From the NCBI GenBank assembly GCA_043228905.1, contig JBHGNT010000005.1:8618001-8682000 (forward strand): 64,000 nt of DNA, written 5' to 3'. Positions 34,559 to 47,467 of the stretch are shown here, piece after piece; position 1 is the first letter of the stretch, and each line of letters opens with the position of its first letter. Origin of the DNA: Azolla caroliniana (lineage: Eukaryota > Plantae > Polypodiophyta). A program made the translations under genes and the position numbers. The notes below the pieces were generated by a model, which was given only the letters and a program-made list of their open reading frames with translations, did no database searches and was not told the DNA's origin.

Positions 34559-37500
34559 ATGGCTTTATCTCCATCTTCAACCATGGCTTCTTCCGCTCCT
34601 TCCCTTGGTTCTACTCCACCTCCCTCTAAACATGTCCTCCAAGGAAAGAAAGCAGAAGTATGTAATGAAATCATCAAACGTCTCATGGATATGAATCATG
34701 AATCTGTCAATTCATTAGACTTTGCTGATTCTGTCCGTGCTCACTTCCTTCGCTTGCCTTCCAGGTATTTATTTCAGATCATACTAAGTTTTCTGGAATG
34801 TTTTGTAGGACATATTCTATCTAGGGTCTCTAGTTGCAGATGATGGTACACTAAAGGGATTAATATAGTCGGTCTATTGGAAGCTGCTACTTCTAATGTA
34901 GTGTGATATCTTATAGTAAAAAATAGATAGTAATGGTCACCACAAAGTCTGCTTGGTGATTGAAATGTGCATTTACTGCTTCACGATCTATCTTATTGGA
35001 TGTATACGTTTTATTGAACAACTGTCAGTGGTTAATGCTTAGTGAATTGGCAATGTGAATGTATTATAGATTCAGGCATCCTTGAAAATTTCTTGTCTCA
35101 AAAAAATAAAAAAATCTTCTTTTACGATTGTGGCACCTGATATATGCATGTAATTTGTTTAGTGGTATCCATCCTTTATACTGCCATTGTGGCACAAAAA
35201 TGAGTTGTTTCCTGCTGGACACTTCAGGATGTATTTACTGACCTTACACATGGTAACAATGATGAAGTATGACGAAGATCAGTACTTGCATGTTTGGAAA
35301 ATATATGTGCAGAGAAATTATGTAGTAGCAAGTGATACAACATGAAAACCTTTAAATGATATATGTGTGCAGATGTATATGCATCTCCTAACCTAGGTCC
35401 AGAGACATGAATTTTGCTAAATGATGCTACAGTAAATTTTTCTAATATTCAAATCTTCTAGTATAGACTCTTCTTGGTAACTTGAATTCCATGTTCACCT
35501 GTTCTTTGCACGTTTTGTGTGTTTTTGTTACATCAGAACCTTGTACAACCTTCATTTGAATAATCCGATGCATTTTTATTTCTTTCTTGGCTTAGTATCT
35601 CCATCCCTTTCTCTGCAAGCCATGTTTGGGAGTTGGAGTCTTGCTCTCAATCAGTTTTCACTGATGGCAATAGGTTGATTCCGAGAAAAAAAATCTTGCC
35701 TCGTCTCCTTTCTTCTTTGTGCTTGTTGTGTGTCTCGTTGCATCAGAATCTTAGACCAGTATAACTCTCATTTGAATTATTTGATGCATTTTTTATTTCT
35801 TGCGTGGCATATCATTTCAATCCCTTTCCCTTTAAGCCATAGGTCGGGAGTTCAACTCAAATGGCCACAGCTACTTGATGACAAGAAAAAAAATCATTAG
35901 TAATATGTTTTCGTTGCAGGAGTCAGGACATCTTCAATTCTTCTCTTAAACATATCACGGAGATAAAATGTTTAGCATAACCTTATCTCAAAACTCGTAT
36001 CTCTCAATCTCCCAGATACTATCTCTTCTCTCTTGACTTTCATGTGATCTCAGTATGTGCTGTTGAGGTACAACCTCAGCACGCTAAAGACAGGGGTTTA
36101 AGGTCAGCCCAAAGTTTTGAAACCTGAACGCATGTGAAGATTTAATACAGTACACATAGATTATTAGGAGTTTATACTCAATGTTCCATTCTACTTGAAA
36201 TCTTTGGAATGTTAATGATATTCCACATGCCAATAGGATGGGTAATTATCTTGGGGTCTTTGTGTGTGTTTCTTGACCTTGATGATTTTCCCACACAGTG
36301 CAAGATCATCATATGTTTGTGGATTTGTGTGATATCAGAGCTAGATATCTAAAACTTCCTACATGGAACCAGAGATTGGTTTGATGAAAACCAGAGTGCG
36401 AAAGCTGTTTGGGAAGAACAGGCCGTGGGAAACTTGCACAAATGGCTCGAGTCAGAGTAGACACAGTGCAAGATCATCATATGTTTGTGGATTTGTGTGA
36501 TATCAGAGCTAGATATCTAAAACTTCCTACATGGTACCAGAGATTGGTTTGATGAAAACCAGAGTGTGAAAGCTGTTTGGGAAGAACAGGCTGTGGGAAA
36601 CTTGCACAAATGGCTCGAGTCAGATTTGCTACTTGGAAAGAGTAAGCAATTTTGGAAGTCTGCTGAAGTGTTTACAAGTTTAGGCAGATGTATGCAGGTG
36701 AATATCTTGGTTGTGGCAGATGCTGCAACAGTTTTCTTGAACCTGTTGGTGAAGCAGACGATATAAGAGATCTGAGGGTAAGAACCCAACAAAAGTGGGC
36801 TATAGGAACTGGAGAAGAAATTAGCTGCAGCAGCCAAATTCAGTCCAGACAACCAAATATACGGAATAAACCCAAGTTCCTGGTTAGGCCCAACTACAGA
36901 AGGGAATCAAGATGGACTCAGATACAAGTAACAAGTGTAACTTTATAATTACTGAAAAGTTAAATAAAGAAACAACTTTCATGCCCAGAAATTCAGGATG
37001 TAGATATTTCTGAATGGGAAAGGACCCTCAGATTATATACAGGGTGAGCTTGAAAAATCTGCCTGAAGTCTGAGAACACTAAAACTGGCACAGGTAAATG
37101 GAACCAAAAGTAGAAACTTGTCTCAGAGGTTTGGAACCAAAATACAAAGCTTTAACAAATGTCAAGTTAGACACAGGATACAATAATGAGTTCTTCAGAT
37201 TTGGTCTCAACGTTTATAGTTGAGTGGAAGGTCCTCAATGAAGAAACCAGTAACTAGTCTGGGTCACACAACCAGATATCGTTTTCTAATACAGCTAGAA
37301 ATTGAGAAAATTAACTAGGAGAGATCCACTATTCTTTTGGCAGCAAAGTGATTCAAATACCTCAAGGGATTTAGTTTACACAAAAACAATACACTGTGAA
37401 CATGCTAAAGAAATCCACTACAGAACCACTGGAGCAGAGAGCAGTAAGACCTCTCTTATTGAAGAATCGGATTCTGAATTTGAGCTACCGGATAGAGGTA

Positions 37501-40500
37501 TGTACAGAAAATTAGCTGATAGCACAATCTATCTAATAATAATCTGACCTAACCGAAACGACACTGGACTACGAAACCCAGAATACACAGAAGCCCTATA
37601 ATGCTGATGTCGATAATTTGAGGAGAACAATTTGGTATATTGGTCTCCTCTTGATTATGGGCTATTTGATGATGCAGATACACCAATGAAATTTTCTGGC
37701 TACACCAATGCTGACTGATTTTCACGCAAGGACCAAATACGTAGAGGTGCATTACCACTTTATTTTGGAGAATGTTCTGACAGGTGTTGATGATATGCAG
37801 TACATCGGCATGCCTGACAGATGGATGATATATTCACAAAGCTTCTCAGTGCAATCAAATTTGGTGCATTCACAGAGATGCTAGGAATCCAGGGACATGA
37901 GCTGGGGGGGGGGGGGGAATGTTGAGATACAAGCTCAGCACATAGAAATATTTAATACAAGTACACAGATTGTTAGGAATTGATATTCTATTTCCCATTT
38001 TACGTGAAAATCTTTGGAACTTTCATATATACTCAAATTCTGCATTCTAATTGAAGGGAGTTATTGTTTTCGAGCTCTGTGTATTTCTTGATTTTCCTGC
38101 ACATTGCAAGGAAGTTCTGTGTGTTTAGTTCCTGGTTTGGAATGTTATCAGAGCACTGAACTAGATACCGAAACTACATGGATCATCCTAGATTATGTTA
38201 CTAATGCCAAGAATACTTAATCTAATTGAGGAATGAAAAATCTCAGGATCCATACTCAGTCTATATCTTAGGTTGTTTGATGTGCTGGGTCCTTTTTTAT
38301 TATTTTTGCAAGTTTTAGCCTTATGGAATTTAAAATCCAATATAAAACTTCTAAGCATGGGATGTTACATCAGTGATTTCATCTAACAAAACCCTACCAT
38401 GCAAAAAACAGAGACATATTTGTATGCATATATATTCTTTTATGTAAATTTTTTGTCTCTCAAACAAAATCCTACCATGCGAAAACTAAGGCATATATGT
38501 ATGATATATTTTATGTACGTCTTTTTTATTTTATGTATATATATCTCCCGCCATCGTAGGTGCTTCCCTCGCTTTGGAGACATTTCCATTCTGGATGAAC
38601 CTATGCTAGAGATAAATATAACTCTTCGCAACTCTAACCTCAGTAATGAATATAAGATTTTAAGTCTGACTTTTGACATATTACCCATGCAATCTCAAAA
38701 AGATTATATTTTTCCAATGCAATATATCTCATGAAATACATATTACCTCTTGTTTGTTAAGTTTTTAATCTGAAAATATTAGATTTCTTCTCTCAAGTTT
38801 TAGCTGCTTACATGTAAAAATTTTAACTAGTTCCAGAAATTGTACATAGCATATTTGTTTTGTGTACATTTCATGTTTGTTTGGGTAGTAATTTTACTTG
38901 TTGCTTCAGGTATGCACTAGATGTGAACATCGAGAGGGCTGAGGATGTCTTGAATCATAAACGATTACTTGAATTGGCCGAGGATCCAGAAAATCGCCCA
39001 GCTTTTAGTGTTCGATCTGTTCATGTAAGTTATCTTCTTCTTCATAGTATCCATAGCCATACTGGTTCAGAATTCTCTTAATGTAAGATAAAGATGTACA
39101 TGCATTCATATATTGTATATTGATGCCCCTGGCCATATTAGGATCAGTAACCTGAAAGCCCAAATTTTGGTAATTTATTTGTGATGCTCTAATTTTTTTC
39201 CTAATTGATGTATTTGAATGTTTTACTTGATGGTAATTATAATCAATGAACGATTATTTTATAACTTGATATTACAATAGTTTGAACTACTTTTTGGATT
39301 AGAAAGTTAGGGAATGCTTCCCAAGCTAACATTTTTCCAATCGATTTGTTCAAACATTTCTAAGTTATAATGGTAGTGATAGCTGATAAATCTTTCTTCT
39401 CATGCGCTGATTTTTTTCATGACATGATATTAAGATAGGTTCTTCCTACTGGAGTAGAAAATTTAGAGAATGCTTCACCAAATAAGGAAACCATTTTGAC
39501 TCAGATTTTACCAAGGCCAAAAAGGTGTGAAATCTCTATTAGTTTGTTGTTTGAAATGTGTAGAGCCAAGACATTTTCTTACTCATGTTGCCATCTTTCG
39601 GTTTGAAACAGCTTGCATCCACCACCTGCTTTTGGATCCTCACCTAATTTGGAAGCCTTGGCACTGGAACTAAGCAAGTCATCTCCAGTTGACGAGAACA
39701 AAGAAAGCAATGATAGTGCAAATTCTCCAGCAAAGTATTTAATATATATATTTAACTTTTCCTTTATCTTCTTTGTGTTCATGTTGAGATATAGTCCTTT
39801 AAATGGTTGAAGTAAACTATCTATTCACCTTACCAGATTTAATCATGTGCCCATGCATGAAGTGACATTCTCAACCATTGATAAACCAAAACTACTCAGT
39901 CAGGTGTGTTGAAATCATATTCAAATCTACAGCTTGAGCAACTGCAGCAAATTGAAGGATTTAAATAAATTCTATGTTCTGTCTTTTTGTGCAGTTGTCT
40001 TCATTGGTTGCAGACATTGGGTTGAATATTAGGGAGGCACATGTCTTTTCAACAGTTGATGGTTACTCTTTGGATGTTTTTGTTGTTGATGGTTGGCCTA
40101 CAGAAGTATGTTCTCTTTGAATGTAGTAATTTTGTTCTGATGCTTCAGTTTCTATTTATGCCATCGAAAATGCTCTATGTATCTATAACATAATTTATAT
40201 GCTGTATTTTAAGAAGGTACTATATATTAAGTGGGGTTGCTTTCATGATTTCATAGTTATAGAGTATTGCTTTAACATTTGGGCTTATTACTGCTTAAAC
40301 AGGACACTGCAGAACTGGAGCAGGCATTGCAGATTGCAGTAGCAAGTGTAGAGGTAATTTATTTTCTTATATCAGCAGTTACTTTTTAAAAATGTGCTCA
40401 TATAATGCGATCCCAATATACGAGCATTAACATGTGTCATTTAAGGTATATAGTGCAGTTCTTAGTAGGATCATCAGAGAGTTTCTGGTTAAACTATCCA

Positions 40501-43075
40501 TGTTTCCTGGTAAATAATTTGTGTGCTTAAATAATCTAGGACCAGGACATCTTAGTATGGAAATATGAGAAAACACAGTTCCAGAGAAGCAATCGACCAT
40601 TGAAATTGCATTTCTAACCTCGTACAACTGCAGGAAACGTATTGGGGAAGAATTTCACCAACTTCATCACCTGCTGAGCCTGTCCTGAAACCAAGCACCG
40701 AAAATGTGGAGTACTTGAAAATACCTTCTGATGGAACTGATGATTGGGAGATAGATTATAGTCAGCTCAAATTAAGTCGCAAAGTAGCTTCTGGCTCCTT
40801 TGGTGATCTGTAAGTGTACTATGAATACAATGCAATTAGATGTTAAATCAATGATTTCTTAAAGAGCAAGTCAATGTGTAGTTATAGAGGCACATACTGC
40901 GGACAAGATGTCGCAATAAAAGTTTTGAGACCAGAGCGACTGAATCAGGACTTGCAAAGAGAATTTGCTCAAGAAGTGTACATTATGAGGTACATAACAG
41001 TAAAGTTGGTTAATTAAAACAGAAAAAACGCTACATTGGCTGCATGTCATTTTCTGTATTCAGAATTTTGATTTGTCTGGGAAAGGATATGAAAACGTTG
41101 TTCACGATAAACTTTGTGGATTACTGTCTTGATAAGGTCAGTGAACCTAGTCTGTTAGGTCAATGGTAGGCCAGTACAATGTGACAGTGGATCAATGAGC
41201 TTTTAAAGAGATCCAATCTCTGCATAGATGTGCAGGAATGCAACTTTATTCTTGATCTACTAGCTGAAACCCAAGAAAACCCTCAAATAAACAGAGATTG
41301 TTATTGTTCTTGTAAATAGTAAACTAGTTGTGAAAGACCACAAACAGCGTTCTCTCTCTCAAAATCGTAATACATGGAAAACTTGCAAAGATTTCTTCCA
41401 ATTACACTAATAAATCTGCCGTTCAGTTTTTCGTAATCTTCACTGAACTTTGAAAGCCAAATAATTTATCTTAGTGGCTTCTTCGAATCTTTTAGCACCT
41501 TTATAGATTTGGCATCATTAATGTTTTCTTCAACTGGGGTTGAAAATTTGAGACCCTCGTCATTGTTCATGTAGTTTATGATGTCTATACCTGTAGTTGT
41601 ATATGCTTGCTAACATGGGCCGAAGTTCATCACATGTGTGTACTCTGACTGTCCTATTGATAACTGGGACTTGTGATTAAGTAATGAGGTTAGGTAGGAC
41701 AGCGTTATAAGACAAGTGGCAAAAGCAGTGGATATAACAGTTGGTTTTAGTTAATAGGATTGTTGAAAAGATTGACAAAAAATTGTACTTCTTGCTTTCC
41801 ACTGTTGAGGGGTTTTATTTTAAAACCTATGCTTAATACACAAAATCAAAGTTTTCCTTGTATAATTTCTAATGCAATAGTGCACTTAACAGGAAAGTGC
41901 GCCATAAGAATGTTGTGCAATTCATTGGTGCATGCACAAGGCCTCCAAATCTATGCATTGTAACAGGTGATTTAGGATGACTTGCAATTGATTGAAGATT
42001 ATGTGGACAGCTTTTAGGGAAATTTTTCATGCTTCTTTTTGATTGTTGTCTCCAGAATTCATGTCTGGTGGAAGTGTTTATGATTATCTTCACAACCAGA
42101 GGGGTGTCTTTAAGTTCCCAGTATTGCTTCGGGTAGCAATTGATGTTTCTAAAGGAATGGATTATCTGCATCAAAATAATATTATCCACAGAGATCTGAA
42201 GGCTGCAAATCTTCTGATGGATGAGCATGAGGTAAAAACTTCAGTTTGAAGTCTTGATGGAGGTAGAAAGATATGCTGAATTGAAGTTTAAATGTAGGTG
42301 GTTAAGGTTGCTGACTTTGGCGTTGCACGTGTTCAAGCACAAACTGGAATCATGACAGCTGAAACAGGGACCTATAGATGGATGGCACCTGAGGTATTGT
42401 AAATTGACAAAAATATAACCAGAGTAAAAACGAAAAAAATATGTATAAATATCTGTGTATCTGTTGACGGAAAACCTTATACAACAGGTAATTGAACACA
42501 AGCCATATGATAGGAAGGCTGATGTTTTCAGCTTTGGTATTGTTTTATGGGAGCTTTTAACTGGAAAGGTAATTTAACATATACATTGAATCAGCATGCT
42601 CTACTTTTCATCTCTATCTGAAGGTTGAAAATCGTTTCAAATCCAGTTACCATATGACTATTTAACTCCGTTACAAGCAGCAGTAGGGGTGGTCCAAAAG
42701 GTAATTTTCCACAGTTAGAATTGAAAATTGAGGATTTCTGTTGTATAATTACTAAACTCATCTTCAACAGGGATTACGGCCAACAATTCCCAAGATCACC
42801 CATCCTAGACTTGCTGAATTACTCGAAAGATGTTGGAAGCAAGATCCAAATGAACGGCCAGAGTTTTCTGAGATCACTATTATTCTTCAGGATATTTTGA
42901 AAGAGGTATGTGGACTGTCTAGAATCTCACTTGCTTTAATGTGAAAATGCCGTAAAATTTCCTGAGTAAATGTTTTCTTAAAACATTCTGTTGATTGATG
43001 TTGTAGGTAGGCGATGAGGAAAGAAAGGAGAGAAAGGGGGGCTTCTTTTCATCTTTAAAGAGGACATCTCACTAG
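34559..43075 (+). CDS. STY46: ACT-domain Ser/Thr/Tyr protein kinase of the STY8/STY17/STY46 (Raf-like) family, 16 coding exons, about 575 aa
   Basis: Exons: 34559-34764, 38910-39024, 39439-39524, 39612-39734, 39837-39903, 39995-40105, 40303-40353, 40634-40809, 40882-40989, 41893-41966, 42056-42231, 42298-42393, 42488-42568, 42647-42700, 42771-42905, 43007-43075. All introns are GT-AG and phase-consistent (1728 nt). Motifs: [56 protein letters not shown]...[43 protein letters not shown]. Exact orthology within STY8/17/46 is unresolved, and an alternative start exists at 34583. Confidence 0.95.
36061..38178 (+). mobile_element. Old, internally deleted copia-derived LTR element within kinase intron 1
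   Basis: Diverged LTRs about 36061-36363 and 37920-38178 (tgttgag.tacaa.ctcagcac...ctaca). PBS-like tggtaccagag, RNase H remnant [20 protein letters not shown] at about 37720-37780, and a poly-G PPT just before 37920. No TSD found. Confidence 0.72.
36293..36624. repeat. Near-perfect tandem duplication (164 bp x 2)
   Basis: 36293-36456 versus 36461-36624, with 3 mismatches and a 4-nt spacer (gtag). Confidence 0.92.
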
Positions 43076-44783
43076 GAACTTGTTTTTCTTCTGACTTAGG
43101 TGTTTGCTCGTTTTTCCTTCTTCTGATTTGTTGCATATATGGTGAAAAGCCTCACCATGGTGTGTTTTCACTGGGAAGAGCAAGTTGGATTGGTGCTCAC
43201 CAGATTCACTCATTCTTTTCCCTGAGATATGATGTTTTCCTCTCAGATTGATCCTTTTGATGGTTTTTCAAACACTGACAAATTTGGCATAGTTTTTTTC
43301 TTTACCTTCTGACCTTCAACAGATATCAGACTTTAGCTTCAGCTTAGAAAATAGCTGTGTTGAATTGCTTGAAGTATATTACCATTTGTTAACACATTGG
43401 GTTTGGACATAGCTAGCTTGGATTGATTACACCGGAGGTACACATGGTCCACTTTGTGGGAATTTTTTAGGCAGCATGTATAAATTGTTTTGATATAAAA
43501 GCTATCTTGATATGCTTATCTCCCTATATACATATATACATGTATATATTATGTTGCTATTAAATTAATATGGAAACACACATGGCATCATGTGTTATTA
43601 AAAAGTCATGATTATGGAACGCGTTTTTTGAGGTACATATATACATTATGGTATTAAGGTGTTGTGTAAATTGTTATTTATGTAACCTTTGACTTTGCAT
43701 TTGAACATGAGATAAATGCATCTTGTATATTTTGCTTTTGTTGATTAAACATGCATCTTGTATATATATCCTCATGAGCTGATTTCAGTTGTAACAATTG
43801 TTATTGTTATTGTCAATGCCAAGCATTATCCAACCCAATCCAGGATGAACACTTGATGAGTTATTATGATCATTTGAAAATCCTTTTGTTGGATTATTTG
43901 TTGAAAATTTTGTTTCTTAGTTTATGAGGACAACATTATTGATTATATTTGGCTGGTGATCCTATATAAGATTATGCGTGGCACATCGAATGTGGGTAAT
44001 AAGTTGTCCACTTGTAGTCTCCATATATGTCTATTCCTACCATACTAGGCTTCATAATATACAAACTCTTTTTTTATTGACATAACAATAAATCACTTGT
44101 ACGCAGCCACTGTTAATATTCTGTTTACCAGAGCCAGAAATGGACAGGTAGTCCTCTTGGATTAAATATCCTAAACATAGAAATAAAATGTGAATGAAAA
44201 GTATATATTTGAACATTCTATTTATACATATGTAGAGATGGATTTCAAAAACATAAACGTAAATTAGTTTTCAGATCTGATTCAAACTTGAATTTATTTA
44301 TTATTTAAATGTGCCAGTTTATTTAAATATATTCGCATTGATCTCTAAAGTTGTTTTGCTATGGAGTAGTGGCATTAGAAATTGAGACATTTAAATTGAA
44401 AAAAGTGTGCTCCATTGTCAATTTAATGGTAAAAGCCATGGCTATCTTGTTTCCCTATTAGTTAAAACTCTAGAAATTTCTAAATTAGGGCCAATCTTTA
44501 TTGATAAACAAGCTAACAACAAGGATTATATTAATTTAGATTATGGAAGAGAGGTAAACCCTAGGATATAAACTACCGAAGTTCCTAACCATAAAGATGA
44601 TCGTAATTAACATAAATGTGAATATAAGTGTAACTAGACAAAGGCATAACAATAAACTAGTTCTTGGTGGGATGTCAAATCTCTTTTACATTTGTTCCTT
44701 TCTTCGATTCGCAGGAAGCCAAAGCCTTCGTCGTAATTGACTCAATCTCTACTCTGGTAAAAGCATAAAATACACTAACGGAA

Positions 44784-44823
<40 letters not shown>

Positions 44824-45077
44824 GAAGAGAAACCACAGGAATAGGCAGTCACACAGGCACATACAATATGCACGAGAAGAGAGTTAGTTATTTGATTGTT
44901 TCATGAACAAGCGGCCGAGTGATGACCGTAAACGTGAGAACGTAAAACGTAAATATGAAGAATTCGTTCTAAAACCTTCAGTTGGTTTGGTTTCGGTGGG
45001 AACCCAAAATCTTTCTTGATCATTATTAATTCACAAAACCCCTCCCCGCCTTCACCCTTTCGAACATCATCGCAGAG

Positions 45078-45086
45078 AAACCCTAA
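45078..45086 (+). promoter_or_regulatory. Telo-box (AAACCCTAA) just upstream of the RPB5 start codon
   Basis: Exact motif ending 20 nt before the ATG. It is typical of plant gene-expression-machinery genes. Confidence 0.55.
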
Positions 45087-45106
45087 GTGTCACTCAGCTC
45101 TCCGCC

Positions 45107-47467
45107 ATGGCTTCTCAGCTGCAGCTGGACGAGCAGAGCGCTCGCCTCTTCAGGATCCGTAGGACTGTGATGCAGATGCTCCGAGACAGAGACTACCTCG
45201 TTGCGGACTTCGAGATCTCCATGTCTAAAGACGAGTTCCGAGACAAATTCGGCGATGAACCGAAGCGGGACGACCTCGTCATCAGCAAGTCGAAACGTGC
45301 CAACTCCTCTGAACAGGTGCTCACTGCGCGTTCCTATTTTTGTATCTTTCTCTATTCTTTCTTCTCGTACCGTACGGATTATATATCGTGAATTGCGGAA
45401 AACCAAATATAGGTAATTTGCAGTGTGATCCTTATTCATGAGGATGTGTATTGATCAAATCGTAATGTATTATTGCTTACGTTACAGTCGATAGTTCTGT
45501 TTTAGGAGATTTTGCGAGAAAATTCTTCCTTGTCAAATCTTGCATCCTTTCTGATGATAATAGGTTCTTGCTGTGTGATCACTGATGATCTATCGAAATT
45601 ATGGTTGAAGAATGTCAGAAAGATCTTGTTTGTGAAGAAAGTTCATATCTTACGGGTATTCAAGTGTTTTAAAATCAGAATAGGTTGTAATGTGATCATG
45701 AAGATGAGAATGGTAGTGATAAAGAAGGGGATAGAGAGAGATTATGCTTTATATTGGCAATAAAATAATCTCTTGCGAAGGAAGCTCCTGTGCTCATGGA
45801 TCTTGGGTGGTTAATACTAGCTGATAGGTTGTGGTTTGATCTTGAGGATGGGAATTGGTAATGAGAATTGCATGCTTGAATGGAAAATACGGATTAGAAT
45901 GTAAAAAGATATGCTTTTTTGACGAAAGTTCCTATGCATTTCATACCTATGCATCTTGCTTCTTTTTCTGAAAACAATAAATAACTCTGATGAGGAGGAT
46001 ATGAATTGTTAAAATCATATGTTTAAGTGGTAATTATGGTTTAGAATGGCAAAGAAACTTATTTTCTCAAGAAAATCTTTAAATCTTTAGCTGTTAAAAT
46101 CATACGCTTGAGTGATAATTATGGTTTAGGATGACTTGAAAAAACTTACTTTCTCAAGAAATTCCTTAAATCTTTTGCCAACAGATTCTATCATTGTCTG
46201 ATGATAAAAGATTTCTCTGACAAAGAATGGAAAATGTAAAATTTCTGACAATGATAATAAGTTGCTGTGGTGGTGATGTGAATGGTGATTGTAAAGGCAT
46301 GGATACAAATTGTGTTTTAGAATGTCAATAAGTTATTATTTTGTGAGAATTTTTGTGTCTTCATTCAATTAATATCAGTGCTGAATGGTAGGTGTATTCA
46401 CACCTCTGTACCATATTTCTTGGTCGGATACATGCCTAATGCAGCCGTGTATATGTTCTGTAGATATTTGTTTTCTTCCCAGAAGAACCAAAGGTTGGCG
46501 TTAAGACAATCAAGACATATGCTGAACGCATGAAATCCGAGAATGTGCATAGGGCCATCCTCGTTGTGCAACAAAATTTAACACCATTTGCGAAACAGTG
46601 TGTGAGTGAGATGTCTTCAAGGTATCACCTGGAGGTTTTTCAGGTAACTCTATCTGTGATCAGACTTTTTGGATTTTTCCTCTAAAATTTTAGCTCATTT
46701 ATGGATTGATGTATTTGTATATATCTATAGTATATTGACTGTTAAGTTTCAGTTTGCTTAGATTATGAATGTTGCATTATGTCTTCTTAATAATGACCAT
46801 TAAAAACCATGCATTAGATTTAGAAAAGTGTCCTTTGAAGTGTACATTTTTATGTATGCAGCTAATTGCTCACTCATTCCCATATACTTAGTTCTGTAAA
46901 TTTGAGAATTCTTTTTTTATAATGGTATCAATAGATGATGTTGAAATTCCCATACACTTAGCGATCCATTAGCACGAACTTTTATGTTGAAAATGGATAG
47001 TTCATCCGTCTTTTTATTGGCATGCAATGAAGTTTTCCTCACAAAGTGGGAGGAGGGAAAAAGTTTTTTGAGCTTATCTTCCATGTGAATGCAGGAATCA
47101 GAATTGCTTGTGAACATTAAAGAACATGTGCTTGTCCCAGAACATCAAATTCTTACACCGGAGGAGAAGAAAGCTTTATTGGATCGTTATACAGTGAAAG
47201 ACACACAGGTTTTTTTTTCCTTCCCCAAATTTCCAAGATGGGTTTTATTTTTGATTCTTTATCTATTATCATTTGTAGTCTCATGATTGGTTTGGTTGCA
47301 GAATGTAACATGTTAGTCCTCATTTTTATTATTTCCTGCAGCTTCCACGAATGCAAGAAAATGATCCAGTCTCTCGGTATTATGGCTTGAAACGTGGACA
47401 AGTAGTGAAAATAATTCGTCCAAGTGAGACTGCTGGACGCTATGTTACATATCGGTTTGTTGTGTAA
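45107..47467 (+). CDS. NRPB5: DNA-directed RNA polymerase common subunit RPB5 (NRPB5-type), 4 exons, 209 aa
   Basis: Exons 45107-45316, 46464-46643, 47095-47208, 47342-47467, all GT-AG and phase 0. Motifs: [91 protein letters not shown]. Confidence 0.97.
46007..46175. repeat. Diverged ~85-bp tandem duplication in RPB5 intron 1
   Basis: tgttaaaatcata...aaatcttt occurs at 46007-46088 and 46092-46175. Confidence 0.8.

Noticed and set aside
38354-38690. MITE in kinase intron 1 (gcatggg...cccatgc)
   Set aside because: Only a 7-bp inverted match, and no TSD.
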